A DNA stretch of 64,000 bases from an uncultured Solirubrobacterales bacterium. GTDB taxonomy: Bacteria > Actinomycetota > Thermoleophilia > Solirubrobacterales > JBBDJG01. How positions within the stretch are numbered: the stretch's first letter is position 1; every line of letters starts with the position of its first letter. Both the position numbers and the translations under genes were made by a program. The notes beneath the pieces are model-generated. The model was not told the DNA's origin. It saw only the letters and a list, made by a program, of their open reading frames with translations, and made no database searches. Shown here piece after piece: positions 19,169 through 27,957 of the stretch. The stretch lies in the NCBI GenBank assembly GCA_963724065.1, contig CAVRTB010000002.1:116073-180072 (forward strand). Reading direction: 5' to 3'.

Positions 19169-19396
19169 TTGACAGCAGTGCCATATATCCATTGCCCGGA
19201 ATGCCGCCTGACGGTCTACGGCGGCATCGCTTACCGGGAGCGCAAGGGATGTCCGCGCTGTGGCACGGAAATGTCAGAGCGCCCCAGCCCGCTGTTCCGG
19301 TCGCTGCGACTGGATCGCGGGCTGCCGCGTCCGGGCGCACGCCCAGACGCGGGCGAGGGCGAGGTACCACCGCGCGGCCTCAGTGCCGCGGCGTGA
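19169..19396 (+). CDS. Small zinc-ribbon protein (~75 aa)
   Basis: TTG 19169 sits ~8 nt after GGGAGGGGAG. It encodes ...VPYIHCPECRLTVYGGIAYRERKGCPRCGTEM..., with two CxxC pairs. The tail overlaps the next gene by 14 nt. Confidence 0.4.
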   Translation: MTAVPYIHCPECRLTVYGGIAYRERKGCPRCGTEMSERPSPLFRSLRLDRGLPRPGARPDAGEGEVPPRGLSAAA

Positions 19397-19805
19397 CCGC
19401 TCGCTCAAGCGCAGCCTGAGCAAGTTCGCCTCGACGAAGCTGCTCAACCCGTTGGTGCGGCCGCTGCTCGAGCACACCTCGGTGCTCCGCACGCACGCGC
19501 TGATCGAGACCACCGGACGTACCAGCGGGCTCCCGCGGCGCGTGCCGGTCGGCAACGGGCTGCGCGGCGACACCTTCTGGATCGTGGCCGAGCACGGCCG
19601 GGCCTCCGACTACGTGCGCAACATCGAGGCGAATCCGCGCGTGCGCGTGAAGGTCGGACGTCGGTGGCTGTCGGGCACCGCGCACGTGCTGCCGCACGAC
19701 GACGTCCGCGCCCGCATGCGCGATCTGAGGCGGCCGGTGAACGACGCGACCGTGCGGCTGATGGGCTCGGATCCCCTCACGGTACGCGTCGACCTCGGCC
19801 CCTGA
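19383..19805 (+). CDS. Deazaflavin (F420H2)-dependent nitroreductase family protein (DUF385)
   Basis: TTGRTSGLPRRVPVG...FWIVAEHGRASDYVRNIEANPRVRVKVG matches the DUF385 pattern. GTG 19383 gives a typical ~140-aa protein. Confidence 0.8.
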   Translation: MPRRDRSLKRSLSKFASTKLLNPLVRPLLEHTSVLRTHALIETTGRTSGLPRRVPVGNGLRGDTFWIVAEHGRASDYVRNIEANPRVRVKVGRRWLSGTAHVLPHDDVRARMRDLRRPVNDATVRLMGSDPLTVRVDLGP

Positions 19806-19855
19806 ACGGAGGCGGAAGTCGCGCCGGCGCGCAGCACCGGCTGATCGTCGACGCG

Positions 19856-20209
19856 ATGAACGTGATCGGCTCGCGCCCCACGGGATGGTGGCGCGATCGC
19901 GTCCGCGCGATGGCGCGGTTCGTCGAGGAGCTTGCCGCGTACGCTGCGCGCAGCGGTGAGGACCTCACCGCGGTGCTCGACTCCGAGCCGTTCGAGCTGC
20001 CGCCGGCCGCGGGTGCGATCGACGTGCGCTTCGCGAGCGCGCGCGGGCCGGATGCAGCCGACGACGCGATCGTCGAGATCGTCGGCGCGGCAAAGGATCC
20101 GACCGGGCTCGTGGTCGCCACGTCCGACCGGCGGCTGGCCGAACGCGTACGGGCGCTCGGCGGTGAGGTGATCAGCGCCGGGGCCCTGCGCCGGATCCTC
20201 GATACGTAG
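19856..20209 (+). CDS. NYN/YacP-like (DUF901) predicted RNA-binding or ribonuclease domain protein
   Basis: ...IVDAMNVIGSRPTGWW...VVATSDRRLAERVRALGGEVISAGAL resembles the YacP family. ATG 19856 is the first canonical start. The conserved LIVD lies upstream, so the true start may be a CTG at 19841. Confidence 0.65.
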   Translation: MNVIGSRPTGWWRDRVRAMARFVEELAAYAARSGEDLTAVLDSEPFELPPAAGAIDVRFASARGPDAADDAIVEIVGAAKDPTGLVVATSDRRLAERVRALGGEVISAGALRRILDT

Positions 20210-20252
20210 AGCGCCCCGCCCGAGGGCGGAGAGAGTAGTCTCACGCTAGCTC

Positions 20253-20432
20253 GTGGACAGCGACGACACGAAAGACTTGCGCTCCGAGCAGCAGCGCAAG
20301 GAAGCCGAGGAGCTACGGCGCGCGCGCCAAGCCGACTCGGACGAGGACACCAAGACGCACGAGCGGCGCGCCGAGAAGTCCGAGTACCTGCGCGAGAAGC
20401 TCGAGGAACGCAAGCGCGCCGAGGAGCGCTGA
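20253..20432 (+). CDS. Small, highly charged helical protein (59 aa), unknown function
   Basis: This ORF is below the ORF-track size cutoff. GTG 20253 to TGA 20432 reads VDSDDTKDLRSEQQRKEAEELRRARQADSDEDTKTHERRAEKSEYLREKLEERKRAEER, with strongly GC-biased third positions. The antisense 67-aa ORF is Ser/Arg-rich junk. A TAGTCT -10-like hexamer lies 11 nt upstream. Confidence 0.35.
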   Translation: MDSDDTKDLRSEQQRKEAEELRRARQADSDEDTKTHERRAEKSEYLREKLEERKRAEER

Positions 20433-20505
20433 TCCTCGTCCACGAGCACCTCGCCGGTGCCGCTTGCGAGATGATGGAGCGCAACTTCGACCGTAGGAGG
20501 AGCCC

Positions 20506-21321
20506 ATGGCGCTCGACGTAGCCGCGTTCAAGCAGGTGCAGCGCAAGGTCTGGTCATCGGGGGACTATCCCGACATCGCGAAGCGGATCGAGGCGGCAGC
20601 CGAGCGCCTCGTTGCCGCGGCGGACGTGCAGGCGGGCCAGGACGTGCTCGACGTGGCCACCGGAAGCGGGAACGTGGCACTCGTCGCGGCCGCGCGCGGG
20701 GCTCGCGTGACCGGCGTCGACCTCACTCCCGAGTTGTTCGGCGCCGCGCGGCGCCGAGCCTCGGACGCGGGCGTCGAGGTCGAGTGGGTCGAGGGCGACG
20801 CCGAGGACCTGCCTTGCGAAGCGAGCTCGTTCGACCGCGTGCTGTCGGCGTTCGGGACGATGTTCGCGCCGCGTCACGAGGTTGCAGCAGCCGAGCTCGT
20901 GCGGGTCGCACGCCCGGGTGCGACGATCGGCGTCGCCGCGTGGACCCCGGAGGGAACCAACGGCCGGATGTTCAAGACCGTCGGATCGCACATGCCGCCG
21001 CCCCCTCCCGAGCTGAAGCCGCCGTCGATGTGGGGGGACGAGGACCACGTTCGCTCGCTGTTCGAGCCGCACGGCGTGACGGTCGAGTTCGAGCGCGCGA
21101 GCGTGGAGTTCGAGGACGAGTCGATCGAGGCGTGGCTCTCCTACAGCGAGGAGAAGCTCGGGCCGATGGTGATGGCGCGCGCGGCGCTCGAGCCGCAGGG
21201 CAAGTGGGAAGCGCTTCACGACGACCTGAAGGCGCTCTACGAGGGCGACAACATGAACACCGACGGTTCGTTCCGCGTCGCGCCCGAATACCTGATCACG
21301 ATCGCGAGGGTTCCCGCCTAG
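20506..21321 (+). CDS. Class I SAM-dependent methyltransferase
   Basis: Motif I VLDVATGSGNVAL and an acidic post-I residue (VTGVDL). Confidence 0.85.
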   Translation: MALDVAAFKQVQRKVWSSGDYPDIAKRIEAAAERLVAAADVQAGQDVLDVATGSGNVALVAAARGARVTGVDLTPELFGAARRRASDAGVEVEWVEGDAEDLPCEASSFDRVLSAFGTMFAPRHEVAAAELVRVARPGATIGVAAWTPEGTNGRMFKTVGSHMPPPPPELKPPSMWGDEDHVRSLFEPHGVTVEFERASVEFEDESIEAWLSYSEEKLGPMVMARAALEPQGKWEALHDDLKALYEGDNMNTDGSFRVAPEYLITIARVPA

Positions 21322-21671
21322 CTCCCGGAGAGCGCGTCCTTCGCCTTCTCGAGCGGTCCCTTGCCGATCTCGGGCACGGCCTCGGCGACCTCCTCCATGC
21401 CGCCGCGCACGACGGTCATGTCGCGCTCGACGTGCTCCATGCGCCGGTCGAGCCGGTCGAGCTTCTGGTTGAACCCCTGTAGCTCCTCGAGCGCGCGGTC
21501 GAGCCTCGCGTTTGCCTGGTCGAGCTTGTCCATCTTCGAGTCCATCGACTTCGAAGTGCGGGTCAGCTCGTGCTCGGTGCTGAGCAGCTCGCGCATCAGC
21601 TCCTTCATCTCGCCGATGTCGTCGAGCAGCCGGCGTGGAACTCCCGGCAGCAGCATCAGGTCGCGGAACAT
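21318..21671 (-). CDS. Coiled-coil hypothetical protein
   Basis: Heptad-like, charged sequence (MKELMRELLSTEHELTRTSKSMDSKMDKLDQANARLDRALEELQGFNQKLDRLDRRMEHVERDM). The opposite-strand ORF is Ser-rich nonsense. Confidence 0.6.
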   Translation of the reverse strand: MFRDLMLLPGVPRRLLDDIGEMKELMRELLSTEHELTRTSKSMDSKMDKLDQANARLDRALEELQGFNQKLDRLDRRMEHVERDMTVVRGGMEEVAEAVPEIGKGPLEKAKDALSGS

Positions 21672-21740
21672 GTAGGGCTGTTACCCGCGGCGCGGCGGTC
21701 TAACCCTGCGCCGCATCGGGCGGGTCGGCATACTGGCGCG

Positions 21741-22613
21741 GTGGTCGAACGCCAGCCCCTGCTCGTCGTCGACGCTCCGTCCCTGCTGTTTCGCGCCTAC
21801 TACGCGCTGCCGGCGTCGATCAAGGACGGCGACGGCCGACCGGTCAACGCGCTGCTCGGCAGCGTGAACCTGATGCTGAACGAGCTGGACACGCACAACC
21901 CGCGGGCCGTCGTGATGGCGTTCGGCCAGGACGCGGCCGACTATCGCGTCGAGCTCTTCCCCGACTACCACGCCGCCCGCCGCGAGCTCGAGGAGGACCC
22001 CGACATCGACCGCCAGTTCGAGCGCGCGCCCGAGCTCTTCGAGGCCTTCGCGTGGGGGTCGGTGTCGGCCCCGGGCTACGAGGCGGACGACGTGCTCGGG
22101 TCGTTCGCGCTCGCGGAGCAGCGCGCCGGCGGGAGCACCCTGATCCTGACCGGCGACCGCGACATGTTCCAGTGCGTCGGCGCGGACTGCACGGTCCTCT
22201 ATATGACGACCGGCAAGCGCGGGGCCGTGCGCGTCGACGAGCGCGAGGTGCAGCGCCGCTACGGCATCCCGCCGCCGCTCGTGCCCGACTTCATCGCGCT
22301 GCGCGGCGACCCGTCCGACGGCATTCCCGGAGCGCCCGGCATCGGCGAGAAGACCGCCGCCGACCTGCTCCAGCGCCACGGCTCGCTCGAGGGTGCGATC
22401 GCGAAGCCGACCGCCGAGCGGCCGCGCGTCGCGGCAGCCCTGCGCGACGGCGCCGACGAGCTGCGCGCATTCAAGGACATCGCCACGCTGCGCGAGGTCG
22501 ACGTGAAGCTACCGCCGGACCGGCCGACCGACGTCCGCGGCGGCGCCGCGGCGGCGCGCGCGCTCGGCATGAAGCGCCTCGCGGACCGGCTCGAAGCAGC
22601 GGTGACGGAGTAA
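21741..22613 (+). CDS. 5'-3' exonuclease (Pol I N-terminal/FEN-like)
   Basis: LLVVDAPSLLFRAYYAL, GYEADDVLGS, LTGDRDMFQ and the H3TH segment LRGDPSDGIPGAPGIGEKTAADLL. GTG start at 21741. Confidence 0.85.
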   Translation: MVERQPLLVVDAPSLLFRAYYALPASIKDGDGRPVNALLGSVNLMLNELDTHNPRAVVMAFGQDAADYRVELFPDYHAARRELEEDPDIDRQFERAPELFEAFAWGSVSAPGYEADDVLGSFALAEQRAGGSTLILTGDRDMFQCVGADCTVLYMTTGKRGAVRVDEREVQRRYGIPPPLVPDFIALRGDPSDGIPGAPGIGEKTAADLLQRHGSLEGAIAKPTAERPRVAAALRDGADELRAFKDIATLREVDVKLPPDRPTDVRGGAAAARALGMKRLADRLEAAVTE

Positions 22614-22737
22614 CTCGCCCGGATCAGGGGTAGCCCTACTCCCAATGAGACTCGAAATCCAGCAGGACCCTACTCCTCCGGCGATCCCGGGCCGCCCCTG
22701 CCGAATTCGCGGCCGATGTAGCGACGCTTGGTCTTTT

Positions 22738-22756
22738 GTGGTTGCTATGCAACCAC
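22738..22756. terminator. Hairpin between convergent genes (possible U-tract-less terminator)
   Basis: GTGGTTGC-tat-GCAACCAC is a perfect 8-bp stem in the relatively AT-rich 173-nt spacer between the exonuclease (+) and the PLP enzyme (-). A T-run precedes the stem on the + strand instead of following it, so it is not a canonical intrinsic terminator. Confidence 0.25.
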
Positions 22757-22786
22757 CGGTTACCACGGTTCGAGCAGCGGTGAGGG

Positions 22787-23815
22787 TCAGTCCGGCCCGG
22801 GAGCCGGCCCAAGGACGGTGTCGTGGCTGTGCCAGTAGAGCACCGGCCCGGCACCGAACGCACCCCGCTCGCGCAGCGTGAGCAGCGCAGCAAGCGCCTT
22901 CGCCGTGTAGACGGGATCGACCTCGAGCCCCTCCCGCGCAGCCGCCGACTCGCGCGCCTGCTCGGCCTCCGGCGTGCGGTGGCCATAACCATCCCCGAGC
23001 CATTCGGTCTCGGCGTCCAGGTCGTGCGGGCAGATCTCGGTCGCGGGGAGCGATGCTCCGCGGCTGCGCAGCAGGCCGAGAGTGCGGTTCGCGAGCTTCG
23101 CGACCGGCGCCGCGCCCACCGGCATTCTGTCGTTCACGACGACTGCGACCACCCGCGTGCGCAGCCCCGCGAGGCGCAGGCCGGCCACGAGACCGGCGGC
23201 CGTGCCGCCGGAGCCGAGCGCGACCACCACGTGCGAGGGCTCGGGCAGAGAGCCGTCCTCGACCTGCGCGGCGAGCTCCAGCGCCGCCTCCACGAAGCCG
23301 ACGCAGCCGAGCGGCGAGGATCCCCCGACGGTCAGGAAGTAAGGCGGGCGCAGGCGCCGCGGGTCCGAGTGGCGCAGCATGATCCAGGGCGCGGCAAGGT
23401 AGGTGCGGTACGTGCCATGGGTGCGGTAGAGGCGGGCGCCGGAGCGCTCGAGCCGGCCGACCTGGTCGCGCACGTGCTGGTCGACGGGTTGGTCCACGAG
23501 CGCGATCGCGCAGCGCAACCCGCGCGAGCGCGCGTAGAGCGCCGTGGCGAGACCGTGGTTGGTTCCCAGCGCTCCCACCGTGACGATCGCCCTGCGGCCG
23601 CGCGCCTCGACGTCGGGCAGGATCCACTCGAGCTTGCGCACCTTGTTGCCGCCGTAGAGCTCGCCGTACGCGCCGTCGTCCTTGAGCCAGACGTCGCAGC
23701 CGGGCTGCGCCGGGAGTGCCGCCAGCCGGCGCACCGGCGTCGGCGCACGACCGAGCCGGGCGTGTGGAAGCGTTGCCCGCAGCCGCGGCCAGCGCTCGTG
23801 CACCAGCGACGTCAA
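22787..23815 (-). CDS. PLP-dependent ACC deaminase/D-cysteine desulfhydrase family protein
   Basis: YGGNKVRKLEW (PLP-Lys motif), GALGTNHG and GGSSPLG. TTG start at 23815 abuts the stop of the upstream gene. The rest of the long ORF is Arg-rich. Confidence 0.85.
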   Translation of the reverse strand: MTSLVHERWPRLRATLPHARLGRAPTPVRRLAALPAQPGCDVWLKDDGAYGELYGGNKVRKLEWILPDVEARGRRAIVTVGALGTNHGLATALYARSRGLRCAIALVDQPVDQHVRDQVGRLERSGARLYRTHGTYRTYLAAPWIMLRHSDPRRLRPPYFLTVGGSSPLGCVGFVEAALELAAQVEDGSLPEPSHVVVALGSGGTAAGLVAGLRLAGLRTRVVAVVVNDRMPVGAAPVAKLANRTLGLLRSRGASLPATEICPHDLDAETEWLGDGYGHRTPEAEQARESAAAREGLEVDPVYTAKALAALLTLRERGAFGAGPVLYWHSHDTVLGPAPGPD

Positions 23816-24198
23816 AGGTCGCTGACGCCGATCGCCTCGAGCGCCTCGGCGCGCGTGGCGTAGGACGAGCCGCGCAGCAGGCGCTCGCCCTCGAACTCGT
23901 AGACCCAATGGATCTGGAACTCGGAGATCCGGCCAGGGCCGCGCAGGCGGAAGCTGCCTGAGGCGAGCACGTGATCGCCGTGCGCGTGGTAGGAGTACGG
24001 GACGACCTCGAGCAGCTCGCGCTCTCCCTGGAATCCCGAGAAGAAGGTGAGCAGCTCCTCGCTGGTTAGCACCCGGCCGCCGGCCGCGTGTGGCCGCCAC
24101 TCCACACCGGGAGCCCTTGCAAGCCCTGCCTCGATGCCGCCCTCGCGAATCGACTCCCACAGGGCGCGCACCAACCGGATGTGGCTCTCTTCAGACAT
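23812..24198 (-). CDS. SnoaL/NTF2-like fold protein
   Basis: 128 aa. The pattern ...LVRALWESIREGG...W..H...G....GFQGERELLEVVPYSYHAHGDHVLASGSFRL is typical of ketosteroid-isomerase-like proteins. Confidence 0.75.
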   Translation of the reverse strand: MSEESHIRLVRALWESIREGGIEAGLARAPGVEWRPHAAGGRVLTSEELLTFFSGFQGERELLEVVPYSYHAHGDHVLASGSFRLRGPGRISEFQIHWVYEFEGERLLRGSSYATRAEALEAIGVSDL

Positions 24199-24380
24199 CG
24201 GAAGCTGCCACGAGCCCTCGCTCCCGGGATCCGGGACCGACTGCCTGCCAGCTCCGCGATTCTATATCCGGGAATGCAACCGGCCCGAACGGTGAGCGGG
24301 CGCTTGCGTGTTGACACGCAGCGGCCGGCGTGGTCGGATAGGCGCCTGCCGGGCGGCCCGGCGCGACCGAGGAGGGATCA

Positions 24381-24905
24381 ATGACGAAACTGCTCACCGG
24401 CTGTGCAGTGGCACTGTGCGCGGCGGCGTTGAGCGCCGGCCCTGCGGCGGCGACCCACAGCAACGGGGTCGGGCCCGGCTTCGACTTCGTGAATGGGACC
24501 GGGAGCGTGTTCGTCGTCGTCCCGCCGTTCGGGCCGTTCGACGTGCAGCTGCACGTGAACGCGCGCACCACCGCGACCGGTGAGAACCCGCGCGGCGCGT
24601 TCTGGACCACGCTCGAGGGTGCGCTCACCGTGAACCTGCGCGGCCACGTCACCTGCATGAAGGTCGAAGGGCACAACGTGGCGCTTTCGGGGCGCATCGA
24701 CGAGTCGAGCATCGGCTTCCCACCGGTCGGGTCCGGGATCTTCGCCTTCGGCGTGGATGCCGGCGAGGGCGCGAACTCACCCGGCGACGGCGTGCTCGGC
24801 ATCCCGATCGGCCAGCCGCTCCAGAACTGTCCGACGCCCGTGTCGGACGGCGTCCTCGTAAGGCGTGGGAACTTCGTCGCCCACGACGCGGTGCCGGTGC
24901 CCTAG
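24381..24905 (+). CDS. Secreted hypothetical protein
   Basis: GAGGAGGGA Shine-Dalgarno sequence before the ATG. Signal peptide MTKLLTGCAVALCAAALSAGPAAA. No family recognised. Confidence 0.7.
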   Translation: MTKLLTGCAVALCAAALSAGPAAATHSNGVGPGFDFVNGTGSVFVVVPPFGPFDVQLHVNARTTATGENPRGAFWTTLEGALTVNLRGHVTCMKVEGHNVALSGRIDESSIGFPPVGSGIFAFGVDAGEGANSPGDGVLGIPIGQPLQNCPTPVSDGVLVRRGNFVAHDAVPVP

Positions 24906-25023
24906 CCGCCTCTCCTTCGGCCCCCGCGCCGGCGGCTGCCCCGCTCCGAGCGAGTGGGCAGCCGGGGGGTCGCTGCGGTGGCCGTGGCCGTCGGGCCGCG
25001 GCCACCGCGATCCCACGATGCGG

Positions 25024-25125
25024 TACGAAGAGCGCGTTGTGCACGTTGATCCAGAACGCGATGCGCTGCGCGTCGTTGGGCAGCGCGAACGGGTCGCCCG
25101 CGGGGACATGCCTGAGAATCATCAT
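25024..25125 (-). pseudogene. Relic fragment of a DUF547-like gene
   Basis: The minus-strand translation ILRHVPAGDPFALPNDAQRIAFWINVHNALFV carries the AFWIN.(Y/H)NA motif I associate with DUF547. It is preceded by an in-frame stop and followed by Arg/Pro-rich text. It lies in a 234-nt spacer with locally lower GC. Confidence 0.35.
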
Positions 25126-25138
25126 CTAATGTGACGGC

Positions 25139-25540
25139 GTGCGTGGCTTCGACCTCAAGCGCTATGGCCCCGTGCTGCTGCTCGTGGCCCTCGTCGTGAC
25201 ACCGCTTGCGATCTGGGCGGCGACATCCGGGGGCAGCGACGGCGACGGTGGCGACCCCTTCTACGTCGAGCGCGCGGTCGGGCTCACCGGCGAGCCGGAG
25301 CTGCTGCTCACGGTTGACGATCCGGACGTACAGGTCGAAGGGGGGCGCACGAGCGTCGAGGTCCGTTGCAGCGACGCGACCGGGAAGGTGATCGTGAAGG
25401 GCACCCAACCGTGGCCGTTCCCGCCCGAGCAGGGGTTCGCGCCGCACGCGCACCAGGCCGCGCCCGCCGACAAGGTCGAGCAGACGCGCAGCTGCGAGGT
25501 GCTCGGCACCAACAAGACACTGCAGGCCGAGGTCCGGTGA
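25139..25540 (+). CDS. Membrane-anchored hypothetical protein
   Basis: N-terminal TM/signal anchor (GPVLLLVALVVTPLAIWAA). Its stop overlaps the start of the next gene (GTGA). Confidence 0.55.
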   Translation: MRGFDLKRYGPVLLLVALVVTPLAIWAATSGGSDGDGGDPFYVERAVGLTGEPELLLTVDDPDVQVEGGRTSVEVRCSDATGKVIVKGTQPWPFPPEQGFAPHAHQAAPADKVEQTRSCEVLGTNKTLQAEVR

Positions 25541-26202
25541 CCCGCGTCGCGCTGATCCTCGCATCCGCGCTCGTGCTCGCGGCGCCGGCAGCAGCACACG
25601 TGGACGTGCGACCCGAGCGCGCGCCGGCGGGCGGCGAGGCGCGCCTCACGTTCGACGTCGAGAACGAGCGCACGGACGCGCGGACGCGCGCGATCGTGAT
25701 CCAGATGCCGCGCGGCGTAACCTCGGCCGAGGCCCTGTCCACGCGCGGCTGGCTGCTGACCACCCGGGGCGGCACGCGAGCGGTGGAGCGCGTGACGCTC
25801 ACGGCGCCCCCCGCGCGCGAGCTCACGGGTGGCGAGCATGCCCGCTTCCGGCTGCTCGTCGGGCTGCCGCGACGTGAGGGGGCGACGCTCACGTTCAAGG
25901 TGCTCCAGCGCTACGACGACGGCCAGACGGTTCGCTGGATCGGCCCCGCGGGGACGTCCGAGCCCGCACCGACCCTGAGGCTCACGGCTGCTCGCGCGCC
26001 GGCGCCCGAGCCCGCGCAAGCGGAGCCCGAGGCGACGCCCACAGACGAGCCGCCAGCCGCGGGGGACGGCTCCGGCGATGAGGACAACGGAGACGGCGGT
26101 GTCCCAATTTGGGCCGGTATCGGCCTCCTTCTGCTCGCCGCCGCGGCGGGGAGCAGGCTCGCGCGGCGCCGCAACAGGCGCAGACTCGACCGCCGCGAGT
26201 AA
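25537..26202 (+). CDS. YcnI-like (DUF1775) copper-binding protein with a C-terminal membrane anchor
   Basis: The signal peptide ends in AAAHVDV, giving the mature N-terminal His typical of YcnI. LTFDVENERTD...IQMPRGV. A Pro/Glu/Asp-rich linker is followed by the TM segment VPIWAGIGLLLLAAAAG and an RRRNRRR stop-transfer. Confidence 0.75.
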   Translation: MTRVALILASALVLAAPAAAHVDVRPERAPAGGEARLTFDVENERTDARTRAIVIQMPRGVTSAEALSTRGWLLTTRGGTRAVERVTLTAPPARELTGGEHARFRLLVGLPRREGATLTFKVLQRYDDGQTVRWIGPAGTSEPAPTLRLTAARAPAPEPAQAEPEATPTDEPPAAGDGSGDEDNGDGGVPIWAGIGLLLLAAAAGSRLARRRNRRRLDRRE

Positions 26203-26258
26203 GCACGGGGGCCCGCGGGCCACTCATGCTAACTGTCACCTGAGCCGATTTACCGAGG

Positions 26259-27887
26259 GTGAGAACCAAGGGCTCGACAGGGATCGTCGAGGTTTCCGAC
26301 GAGCACCTCCGGCACGCGATGGTCAAGGCCGGCGTCTGGCTGACCTTCGCTTCCTGCACGATCGGACTGGTTTATGTCGCGGCGACGTGGGCCAGCCCCA
26401 ACCGGGACGTGATCACGATGTTGTTCGTGACCGGTTTGCTCGGCGCGCTGCTGATCCAAGTGCTCCCGGTCGAACGCCTGCTGCGCTCGCGCTACATCAA
26501 CGTGTTCTTCGTCACCTGGAGCGTGCTCGACATCACGCTGATCGCCGTCGCGGTCGCTTACGACGGCGGCGCGTCGAGCCCTTTCACCTACGTCTTCTTC
26601 CTCCCGATGGTGTTCGCTGCAGTCTTCTATCCGCTGAAGCTTTTCGTTCCGGTCGGCGCGTTCGACATGCTGGCCTTCGTCTTCGTCGGCGACATATACG
26701 GACACCCGGACCCGAACCAGGTCGCGTTCATCGCGGGTTGCCTGGCGATGACGGCGATTCTCTGCGCGTGGCAGTCCCAGAACCACGACCGCCATCGCGA
26801 GAAGCTCGTGCGGATGTCGCGCACCGACCCGCTCACGGGATGCCTCAACCGGCGCGGCTTCGAGGAATCCGTGACGAGCGAGCTCGACCGCTCCCTGCGC
26901 GAGGGGGGCTCGGCGGGCCTCGTGCTGCTCGACCTGGACAACTTCAAGGCCGTCAACGACGTGAACGGCCACGCGGCCGGCGACGAGTTGCTGTGCTGGG
27001 TCGTTGACGTGCTGGGCCGCGCCGCGCGCCCGTTCGACTCCGTCGGGCGGCTCGGCGGCGACGAGTTCGCGATCCTCGCACCGGGCGCCGGCGAGAGCGG
27101 CGCCGAGCACATCGCGACGCGTGCGCGAAAGCTCCTCTCCGAACGTGTCGCCGTCTCCACCGGAGTCGCGTGCTTCCCGGCCCACGGCGTCGACCATGAT
27201 GGCCTTCAGCGCCATGCGGACAGGCAGCTCTACGCCAGCAAGCACGGTGACGACGCGCACTTCGCGTCAGGGCGCCGCGAGCTCACGTGGGCGGCGACGC
27301 TCGCGCGCGCAGTCGACGCCCGCATGGCGACCCCGATCGAGCACTCGACGATCGTTGCGCGCTACGCCGCCGGCATCGCCCAGCAACTCGGCTGGAGTGG
27401 CCCGGACCTCGCTCATCTGCGCATCTCGGCGATGCTCCACGACATCGGCAAGGTCGTGCTTCCGGATCGAATACTCCAGAAGCCCGATGCGCTCGACGAG
27501 GTCGAGTTCGAGGAGGTCAAGCGCCACCCAGAGATTGGCGCCGAGCTGATCAACCGCGTCGAGGGACTCAGCCAGATCGCCAATTGGGTGCGCCACTCGC
27601 ACGAGCACTTCGACGGCTCCGGCTACCCCGACGGTCTCCGCGGCGACGCGATTCCGCTGGCCTCACGCATCCTGCTCGTCGCCGACGCGTACGACGCGAT
27701 CACGAGCGACCGTCCCTACCGCGAAGCGCAGGCGCAATCGACCGCGCTCGAGGAGCTGCGCCGCAACGCCGGGTTCCAGTTCGACCCCCGCTGCGTCGGC
27801 GCGCTCGAGGAGTATCTGTGCGACACGGGGATGCCGCCCGCGCCCGGGGAGCCAGGGGCGGAGACCGCCGAGGGCGCCGCCGCCTAG
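26259..27887 (+). CDS. Membrane-associated GGDEF diguanylate cyclase fused to an HD-GYP domain (paralog of 40-1686)
   Basis: About five N-terminal TM segments. GGDEF (RLGGDEFAIL), HD (LHDIGKVVLP) and GYP (HEHFDGSGYPDGL). Confidence 0.85.
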   Translation: MRTKGSTGIVEVSDEHLRHAMVKAGVWLTFASCTIGLVYVAATWASPNRDVITMLFVTGLLGALLIQVLPVERLLRSRYINVFFVTWSVLDITLIAVAVAYDGGASSPFTYVFFLPMVFAAVFYPLKLFVPVGAFDMLAFVFVGDIYGHPDPNQVAFIAGCLAMTAILCAWQSQNHDRHREKLVRMSRTDPLTGCLNRRGFEESVTSELDRSLREGGSAGLVLLDLDNFKAVNDVNGHAAGDELLCWVVDVLGRAARPFDSVGRLGGDEFAILAPGAGESGAEHIATRARKLLSERVAVSTGVACFPAHGVDHDGLQRHADRQLYASKHGDDAHFASGRRELTWAATLARAVDARMATPIEHSTIVARYAAGIAQQLGWSGPDLAHLRISAMLHDIGKVVLPDRILQKPDALDEVEFEEVKRHPEIGAELINRVEGLSQIANWVRHSHEHFDGSGYPDGLRGDAIPLASRILLVADAYDAITSDRPYREAQAQSTALEELRRNAGFQFDPRCVGALEEYLCDTGMPPAPGEPGAETAEGAAA

Positions 27888-27957
27888 CGACGCGCGGCCC
27901 ATGCCTGACCCGGAGCGCCGTGATCCCCCCACCGCCTGGGGACGTACCGTGTGTGGC

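Noticed and set aside
22758-22786. tRNA-like T-loop sequence GGTTCGAG in the convergent spacer
   Set aside because: The flanking bases do not form a T-stem, and no acceptor, D or anticodon arms could be drawn. I do not consider it a tRNA.
24311-24344. TTGACA hexamer as a -35 element for the secreted-protein gene at 24381
   Set aside because: The nearest TANNNT-like hexamer (TAGGCG, 24339-24344) is 22 nt away, outside the usual 16-19-nt spacing, so I make no promoter call.
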